This document shows, in pieces, positions 58,075-64,000 of a DNA stretch of 64,000 nucleotides. The notes beneath the pieces are model-generated. The model worked only from the letters and a program-made list of their open reading frames with translations. It was not told where the DNA came from and did no database searches. Numbering within the stretch: the first letter of the stretch is position 1; each line of letters begins with the position of its first letter. The position numbers were made by a program, and so were the translations under genes. Origin of the DNA: Candidatus Acidiferrales bacterium (GTDB lineage Bacteria > Chloroflexota > Limnocylindria > P2-11E); assembly GCA_035631715.1 (NCBI GenBank), contig DASQIF010000042.1, forward strand, positions 1,582 through 65,581, in the 5' to 3' direction.

Positions 58075-58989
58075 GTGAGATACATCCTCCAGCGCCTCGC
58101 GCAGGGGTTGCTCGTGCTCCTCGGCGTCACGACCATCGTCTTCGCACTCACCTTCGTGGCAGGCGACCCGGTCTCGACGCTCGCGCCGCTCGAGGCGACG
58201 CCGGAGGAGCGCGCCGCGTTCGCGCACAACATGGGCCTCGATCGTCCGATCCCGGTGCAGTACGTCGACTTCCTCGCGCACGCGGTGCGCGGCGACTTCG
58301 GTCTGTCGTACAGCAGCCACGAACCGGCGATGGGCGAGGTGCTCGACCGCCTTCCGGCGACGATCCTCCTCACCGCGGCCGCGGTGCTCTTCGCGCTCGT
58401 CGTCTCCGTCCCGCTCGGCCTGCTGGCGGCGATGAACCACGACCGCTGGGTCGACGTCATCGCGCGGCTCTTCGCGTTCCTCGGCCAGTCGATACCGGTG
58501 TTCCTGCTCGGGATCGTCCTCATCATCGTGTTCGGGGTCGATCTCCACTGGCTGCCGTCCTCGGGCAGCGGCTCGTGGAAGAACCTCGTCATGCCCGCCG
58601 TGGCCGTCGGCTCGTTCTCGGCCGCCGTGCTGGCGCGGCTGCTCCGCTCGAGCCTGCTCGAGGTCCTCGGCCAGGAGTACATCCGCACCGCCTACGCGAA
58701 GGGCCTCCGCGGGCGCGTCGTGGTGGTGCGTCACGCGCTGCGTAATGCCGCGCTCCCGTTCGTCACGATGGTCGGCCTGCAGGTCGGCTTCCTGCTCTCC
58801 GGCGCGGTCGTCGCCGAGACGATCTTCGCGTACCCCGGCATGGGTCGGCTCGCGGTCACGGCCATCTCGCGCAAGGACGTCCCGGTCATCCAGTCGTTCG
58901 TCATCGTGGCCGCGGTGATCGTCATCCTGGCGAACCTGTTCGTCGACCTCGTCTACACGCGGATCGATCCCCGCATCCGTCTGCGGTGA
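58075..58989 (+). CDS. ABC transporter permease (DppB/OppB-like, peptide/nickel family)
   Basis: It starts with GTG, has 6 TMs and carries the EAA-loop region (YIRTAYAKGLRGRVVVVRHALRNA). Confidence 0.85.
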   Translation: MRYILQRLAQGLLVLLGVTTIVFALTFVAGDPVSTLAPLEATPEERAAFAHNMGLDRPIPVQYVDFLAHAVRGDFGLSYSSHEPAMGEVLDRLPATILLTAAAVLFALVVSVPLGLLAAMNHDRWVDVIARLFAFLGQSIPVFLLGIVLIIVFGVDLHWLPSSGSGSWKNLVMPAVAVGSFSAAVLARLLRSSLLEVLGQEYIRTAYAKGLRGRVVVVRHALRNAALPFVTMVGLQVGFLLSGAVVAETIFAYPGMGRLAVTAISRKDVPVIQSFVIVAAVIVILANLFVDLVYTRIDPRIRLR

Positions 58990-59831
58990 GGCGCCGCTGG
59001 ATCTCGCGCGCACGCACCATCCCCGGCTACGCCGGCCTGGCGGTGCTCCTGCTGCTGATCGCCGCGGCCTTGTTGGCGGACCAGATCGCGCCGACCGCGG
59101 ACACGCAGCTGCTCCTGCAGCGGCTCGACGCGCCGACGTGGGCCGGCGGGGCGCACGGATACCTCTTGGGCTCCGACAATCTCGGCCGGGACCTCTTCCT
59201 CCGGATGATCCAGGGCGCGCGGGTCTCGCTCACCGTCGGCTTCATCGGCGTGGTCGTATCCGGCGGCATCGGCATCACCCTCGGGCTCATCGCGGGATAT
59301 CTCGGTGGTAGCTGGGATCGCGTGATCATGCGCGTCGCTGATGTGCAGCAGGCGATCCCGGTCCTGGTCCTCGCCGTGGCGATCGCCGCGATCCTGCGGC
59401 CGAGCGTCGCGAACCTCATCGCGGTGCTGGCGTTGACGACGTGGTTCACGTTCGCGCGCGTCGTGCGCGCGGAGGTCCTCGGTATCCGCGAGATGCTCTA
59501 CGTCGAGTCCGCGCGGGTCGTGGGCGCGAACGCGCGCCGCATCATCGTGCGCCACGTCCTGCCGAACGCCGCGGCATCGATCATCGTCATCGCGACGCTC
59601 CAGGTCGGGAACCTCATCCTCTTCGAGGCGAGCCTGTCGTTCCTCGGTGTGGGCGTGCCGGTGACGACGCCCACCTGGGGCCGGATGGTGTTCGACGGCC
59701 TCGACTACGTTTCGACCGCCTGGTGGATCGCGCTCTTCCCGGGGATCGCGGTCATGACCACGGTCTTCGCGACGAACCTGGTCGGCGACTGGCTCCGCGA
59801 CGCGCTCGACCCGCGGCAGCGCGAGCCCTAG
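58986..59831 (+). CDS. ABC transporter permease (DppC/OppC-like)
   Basis: A GTGA overlap joins it to the previous permease. It has the EAA-loop (ARVVGANARRIIVRHVLPNA). Confidence 0.85.
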   Translation: MRRRWISRARTIPGYAGLAVLLLLIAAALLADQIAPTADTQLLLQRLDAPTWAGGAHGYLLGSDNLGRDLFLRMIQGARVSLTVGFIGVVVSGGIGITLGLIAGYLGGSWDRVIMRVADVQQAIPVLVLAVAIAAILRPSVANLIAVLALTTWFTFARVVRAEVLGIREMLYVESARVVGANARRIIVRHVLPNAAASIIVIATLQVGNLILFEASLSFLGVGVPVTTPTWGRMVFDGLDYVSTAWWIALFPGIAVMTTVFATNLVGDWLRDALDPRQREP

Positions 59832-59847
59832 CCGCGGCCGCCGCCCG

Positions 59848-60420
59848 TCACCAGTCGCTGTACGACGGCCAGTCGTCGTGCGCCGCGGGCGCCGATGCGA
59901 CCTTGTCGCTCGACCACGCCGAGTAACTGCGCCGGTAATACATGAGCGGCATCCGTTCGAACGAGTCGCCGCCCTCGACCGACGCGAGAAAGAGCAGGTG
60001 GTCTCCCGCGGCGATGCGCTGCGTGATGACGCACTCCGCGTACGCGACGCTGTCCTCGGCGAGCACCGGGCTCCCGCGAGCGATCTTCGACGGCCGCCAG
60101 TTCACGTGAGCGAACTTCTCCTCGTCCTTGGAGGCGAACGTGTTCGAGAGGCGCTCGCGGCCCGCGGCAAGGAAGTTCACGACGAAGGCACCGCGCGTTT
60201 CGACCGCGTCGAGCGTGCGGGAAGTGTGATCGAGGCTGATGAGCAGGAGCGGAGGTTCGGTGGATACCGCGAGGAATGCCTGAAGGGTGAGCCCCTTTGG
60301 CTGACCGTCAGCGCCGACGGTCGTCACGACGGTGACGCCGGTCGGGAACGCGCTCATGAGTCGACGGAACGTATCGCGATCGAGCGGCAACTCAACACCC
60401 TCTCTACAAGAGTGTCCCAC
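59848..60420 (-). CDS. Flavin reductase-family protein (HpaC-like NAD(P)H:flavin oxidoreductase)
   Basis: It has the motif FRRLMSAFPTGVTVVTT and flavin-reductase-like-fold features. It lies downstream of an LLM gene. Confidence 0.8.
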   Translation of the reverse strand: MGHSCREGVELPLDRDTFRRLMSAFPTGVTVVTTVGADGQPKGLTLQAFLAVSTEPPLLLISLDHTSRTLDAVETRGAFVVNFLAAGRERLSNTFASKDEEKFAHVNWRPSKIARGSPVLAEDSVAYAECVITQRIAAGDHLLFLASVEGGDSFERMPLMYYRRSYSAWSSDKVASAPAAHDDWPSYSDW

Positions 60421-60432
60421 GGCTTTCCGCCG

Positions 60433-61509
60433 TCAGGCGTTCACCAGCCCGATCATGCGCCGGAACGCGCGCGCCAACTCGACGTAGCCCTCCGACCAGC
60501 TCGCGGAGGGCGGCGGCAGCGCGTACAGGCGAACGCCGGTCACGGCGGGCAGCTCGCGGGTGATCGCGCGGATGCGCTGTGCACACTCCTCCGGGGTCCC
60601 CGCGACCGCGAACTGGTCGAGGATGTCGTCGGTGATGAGGTCGGCCAGCTCCTTCGGCAGATAGGGCGACGTCCAGAAGTCCCACTTCGCGAGCGCCGAT
60701 ACCACGTGATCGGGGACGCGGAACTCGTCCGGTCGCTTCCAGTCGGCGCGCTCGCGGGAGTACTTCTCCGCGCCGGCCATCCACAGGATCCCCTGCGCCG
60801 CGGGCCGCGTCGCGGCGCGTTTCGCGGCGCGTCCGTCCTCGCTCACCGAGCAGGGCATGGTGATGTCGATCTCGAAGGAGCCGGGCTTTCTCCCCGCCTT
60901 CGCCGCGCCGCGCGACACGTGCTCGAGCTCATCGCGGCGATGCCCGAGACCCATGAAGAACGCGGCGAGGTGAACGATGTCGGCGAGCTCACCGGCGAGT
61001 TCGATCATGCGTTTGCCGCGCGCGGCGATGAGGATGGGCAGGTCGGCGCGGTACGGCTTGAAGTCGAGCTTCGCGCCCTCGACGCTGATGACCTTGCCGC
61101 GATACGTCACCCTCTCGCCGCGGAACATGCCACGGCAGATGGCGATCGCGTCGCGCACCGCCTCCAACGGATGCGCGCGCTCGTGCGGCCAGAGCGCGGG
61201 CTGCTCGAGCCCGCCGCCGAGACCGAGCACGACGCGACCCTGCGACAGGTCGTCCATCGTCGCCATCGCGACCGCGGTGAGCGACGGATGGCGTACGAAC
61301 GGATCGGTCACCAGGCTCTCGAGCTCGAGACGTGTCGTGGCCTGCAGGCACGCGGTCATCTCGACAAAGAGGTCGGGATAGAAGCGCCAGTCCGCGACGC
61401 CGAAGCGCTGGAAACCCGCGGCCTCGTAGTGCGGCGCGAGCGCGACGAAGCGTTCGGCCGGCTCGCGCCACAGCGATGTCGGGAGGTCGAAGGTGAACTT
61501 CAGGCTCAT
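60433..61509 (-). CDS. LLM-class flavin/F420-dependent oxidoreductase
   Basis: It has a luciferase-like TIM barrel (GRVVLGLGGG). The last 230 aa are ~65% identical to the paralog at 63215..64000. Confidence 0.8.
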   Translation of the reverse strand: MSLKFTFDLPTSLWREPAERFVALAPHYEAAGFQRFGVADWRFYPDLFVEMTACLQATTRLELESLVTDPFVRHPSLTAVAMATMDDLSQGRVVLGLGGGLEQPALWPHERAHPLEAVRDAIAICRGMFRGERVTYRGKVISVEGAKLDFKPYRADLPILIAARGKRMIELAGELADIVHLAAFFMGLGHRRDELEHVSRGAAKAGRKPGSFEIDITMPCSVSEDGRAAKRAATRPAAQGILWMAGAEKYSRERADWKRPDEFRVPDHVVSALAKWDFWTSPYLPKELADLITDDILDQFAVAGTPEECAQRIRAITRELPAVTGVRLYALPPPSASWSEGYVELARAFRRMIGLVNA

Positions 61510-61551
61510 GGAACGAGGAGGGGCCTCCCGCGGGAGGCCCCTCTTAATGCC

Positions 61552-63144
61552 TTACTTGCTGACCGTCGTGTTGGTGGCGACGATCGGCGTGACGCCGTGG
61601 GCCTTCCAGCCCTGGACCTTGCTCGAGAGCCCGGTGATCGAGTTGTCGCCGCTGATGTAGATGCCGAACGGATCGGTCGCGAAGACCTTCTCGGCCCCCG
61701 TGTACGCCGAGGTCTGTGTGGCCGCGTCGAGCGTGCCGGCGCCCTGATCGAGGAACTTCTGCGCGTCGGCGTTGCAGAAGTTGGAGAGGAACTGCTTGCA
61801 ACCGGCGAGCAGGTTGAGCAGATCCGGGTGCGTGAAGGTGTTCCAGGTCACGAAGTACATCTGGTCGAACCCATGGGACACCCACTTGTTGTTGAACACG
61901 TCCGTGGGCATCACGTTGAGGTTGACCTTGATGCCGACCTGCGCGAGCTGCGCGACGATCGCCTGCGGCACGTCCTGCTTCGCGGTGTTGGAGACGTCCG
62001 CGTCGATGGTGAAGCCGTTCGGGTACCCGGCGTCAGCAAGGAGTTGCTTCGCCTTCGCCTGATCGAACGCGAATGGCTTGAGATCGCTCGTGAAGCCCAT
62101 GGTGAGGTCGGTGACGCCACCGGCCAGCTGCCGCGCGTGGCCGCCGAGGACGGTCTTGATGATCGTCGCGGTGTCGACCGCGTAGTTCATCGCCTGGCGG
62201 ACGCGGGTGTCGAGCAGTGGCTTCGCCGACGGAGATGTGCTGAGGGTGTTGTAGAAGGCCCAGTTGTAGACCGGACTCTTCGACTCCACCACGTTGAAGC
62301 CACCCGACTTCAGCGGGTCGACCTGGTCGGTCGGAAGGTCCTGGACCATGTCGACCGAGCCGGCCTTCAGCTCGGAGACGCGCGTCGCGGCGGTCGGGAT
62401 CGCGCGGAAGACGAGCGTCTTCACGAGCGGCTTGCCCTTCCAGCTTCCGGACCAGTAGTCGGCGTTCGCCTCCATGGTGATGCGGTCGTCCTTGGCCCAC
62501 GACACGAACTTGAACGGGCCGGTGCCGATCGGCTTCGAAATGAAGCCGGCCTGGCCGACCGACTGGTAGTACTTCGACGGGAGGATGGACAGGTTGTTCG
62601 CGAACGTGTCGAGGATGCGCGGGTCGACCTTGTTCAGGTTCACGGTGACGGTGTTGTCGTCGACGACCGTCGCGCCGTCCACGGCGCCGAAGTTCCCGGC
62701 CTGACCCGAGTTCAGGTCCTTGCTCTTCAGCGTGTCGATCGAGAACTTCACGTCGGCGGCCGTCAGCGGATCGCCGTTGTGGAACTTCACGCCCTTGCGC
62801 AGCGTGAAGGTGATGTTCTTTCCGTCCACCTTCCACGACTCCGCGAGCGCCGGCACGATCTTGCCGTCGTAGTCCCACTCGACGAGCGCGTCGAACACGT
62901 TGTAGCGGTACGAGATGCCGACGATGTCGTAGCTGAGGTACGGATGCGTGCTCTGGATGTCGCCGCGCATCGCGATGGTGAGCGTGCCCTGCGGGCCGGC
63001 CGGCGTCGGGGCCACCGTCGCCGCGGCCGTGCCGGGCGCGCCCGAGGCGCCCGGCGACGCCTGCTGCGTGCAGGCGACGACGAACGCGAGCGCGAGCGGA
63101 AGCGCGAGCATCCGCGCGAGCTTTGGGAACCGTCCGAACGTCAT
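61552..63144 (-). CDS. ABC transporter substrate-binding lipoprotein, family 5 (DppA/OppA-like)
   Basis: It has a signal peptide and lipobox (LAFVVAC). It matches the SBP_bac_5 pattern (ESWKVDGKNITFTLRKGVKFHNGDPLTAADVKFS). Confidence 0.85.
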   Translation of the reverse strand: MTFGRFPKLARMLALPLALAFVVACTQQASPGASGAPGTAAATVAPTPAGPQGTLTIAMRGDIQSTHPYLSYDIVGISYRYNVFDALVEWDYDGKIVPALAESWKVDGKNITFTLRKGVKFHNGDPLTAADVKFSIDTLKSKDLNSGQAGNFGAVDGATVVDDNTVTVNLNKVDPRILDTFANNLSILPSKYYQSVGQAGFISKPIGTGPFKFVSWAKDDRITMEANADYWSGSWKGKPLVKTLVFRAIPTAATRVSELKAGSVDMVQDLPTDQVDPLKSGGFNVVESKSPVYNWAFYNTLSTSPSAKPLLDTRVRQAMNYAVDTATIIKTVLGGHARQLAGGVTDLTMGFTSDLKPFAFDQAKAKQLLADAGYPNGFTIDADVSNTAKQDVPQAIVAQLAQVGIKVNLNVMPTDVFNNKWVSHGFDQMYFVTWNTFTHPDLLNLLAGCKQFLSNFCNADAQKFLDQGAGTLDAATQTSAYTGAEKVFATDPFGIYISGDNSITGLSSKVQGWKAHGVTPIVATNTTVSK

Positions 63145-63214
63145 GGTCTCCTCCTCATATCTCTGTTCTCTCTGTCACCGAATGATGTTCTCGTGTCTGC
63201 CTCCCCTTCCCGTT

Positions 63215-64000
63215 CTACGCCATCACCGGCCGCGCCCTGCTGTTGACCAGGCGGGCGACGCGACCAAATCCCTTCACCATGTCGACATATCCCTCGAAGA
63301 GCGGCTTTCCGGCGGGTGGCACGGCATAGATGCGTACCCCGGTCACCTCGGGAAGTTCACGCTCGAGCGCACGGAGGCGCTCGGCGCACTCCTCGGGCGT
63401 GCCGGCGAGCGCGAACTGGTCCAGCACGTCGTCGGTGATGAGGTCGGCGAGGCGGTCCGGGAATTCGGCCTGTGTCCAGAAATCCCATGAGGCCAGCGCC
63501 TCGACGACGTCTTCCGGCACCGAGAACTGCGGCGGCCGCACCCAGTCCTTGCGATCGCGCGAGTAACGCTCGGCGGCGGCCGTCCACAGGATGCCCTGCG
63601 CGGCCGGGCGCTTCGCGGCACGGCGGGCGGCCTTCCGATCCGCGGAGACCGAGCACGGCATCGAGATGTCGATCTCGAACGTGCCCATGCGCCGTCCGGC
63701 GCGCTCGGCTCCGCGGCGCACAATCTCGAGGTTGTCGCGATGATGCCCGGCGTTCACGAAGAAGGACGCGAGGTGGACGATGTCGCCGAGCTCGCCAGCG
63801 AGCTCGAGCATCGTCGCGCCACGGGCGGCGATGAGGATCGGAAGGTCCTTTCGGTACGGCGTGAAGTTGAGCCCGGCCTTCTCCACGCTGATGACGTTCC
63901 CCTGGTACGTCACCGTCTCGCCACGGAACATGCGGCGGCAGATCTCGACCGCGTCGCGGACGGCCTCACGGGGATGCGGCCGGTCGTAGCCCCAGAACGT
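63215..64000 (-). CDS. LLM-class oxidoreductase paralog, 5'-truncated by the window edge
   Basis: The ORF reaches the window end. It is collinear with the C-terminal 230 aa of the LLM at 60433..61509. Confidence 0.7.
   Translation of the reverse strand, partial: TFWGYDRPHPREAVRDAVEICRRMFRGETVTYQGNVISVEKAGLNFTPYRKDLPILIAARGATMLELAGELGDIVHLASFFVNAGHHRDNLEIVRRGAERAGRRMGTFEIDISMPCSVSADRKAARRAAKRPAAQGILWTAAAERYSRDRKDWVRPPQFSVPEDVVEALASWDFWTQAEFPDRLADLITDDVLDQFALAGTPEECAERLRALERELPEVTGVRIYAVPPAGKPLFEGYVDMVKGFGRVARLVNSRARPVMA

Noticed and set aside
59878-63246. 1122-aa plus-strand ORF, and many other long Arg/Ala/Gly-rich ORFs (for example 166..1269 minus, 10816..11832 minus, 41597..43333 plus, 55353..56639 plus, 7906..9366 plus)
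   Set aside because: They lie antisense to or frame-shifted within well-supported genes. Their composition (R/A/G/P-rich, no motifs) is typical of spurious ORFs in ~70% GC DNA.

Overview
This is a roughly 70% GC bacterial chromosomal segment with dense, mostly overlapping genes (ATGA, GTGA and TGATG junctions) and many GTG/TTG starts. Several luciferase-like (LLM) and PPOX-type enzymes point to cofactor F420 use, which fits an actinobacterial or Chloroflexi-like soil organism; the lineage is an inference.

The first ~34 kb is mixed housekeeping and accessory content:
- a 5'-truncated GHL10-type glycosyl hydrolase
- a multi-TM GGDEF/EAL c-di-GMP protein
- a metX-metY-CoA-binding-receiver operon
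- a complete livJHMGF branched-chain amino acid ABC transporter
- F420-type oxidoreductases
- MFS efflux pumps with an HxlR regulator and a palindromic operator
- a lytic transglycosylase lipoprotein
- a compact four-gene operon encoding a truncated, degenerate CpaF/VirB11-like ATPase plus three small membrane proteins
- a zf-trcl zinc-ribbon gene
- an MSOX/MTOX-type sarcosine oxidase
- an ArsA-HSP20 ATPase with a coiled-coil partner
- a PucR regulator
- an IDH/tartrate dehydrogenase-like gene coupled to tandem DHA2 MFS transporters
- an Imm5-like gene coupled to a membrane HExxH protein

The main finding is a ~23 kb co-directional minus-strand supercluster (34971..57970). It begins with a glycine/sarcosine/betaine reductase-like selenoprotein module, grdB-grdE-grdA-grdC. 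Both grdB and grdA carry in-frame TGA codons that line up with the known selenocysteine positions (UGTCxRCGA in GrdB, CFVUT in GrdA). The grdB codon is followed by a SECIS-like hairpin; naive ORF calling splits grdB into two ORFs and leaves the 5' part of grdA uncalled.

Downstream, the same transcriptional run contains:
- a GMC oxidoreductase fusion
- isochorismatase-family and amidohydro_2 hydrolases
- an HpcH/HpaI aldolase
- an IclR regulator
- a bicupin dioxygenase
- Rieske dioxygenase alpha and beta subunits
- an extradiol dioxygenase
- a Mo-hydroxylase set: CoxS-like, an F420 LLM, and a CoxL-CoxM fusion
- an M20 peptidase
- split sulfopyruvate-decarboxylase-like ComD/ComE
- an amidohydrolase
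- another LLM

The window ends with oligopeptide-type ABC components, a flavin reductase and two paralogous LLM oxidoreductases. All family assignments come from motif recognition by eye; no database search was run.
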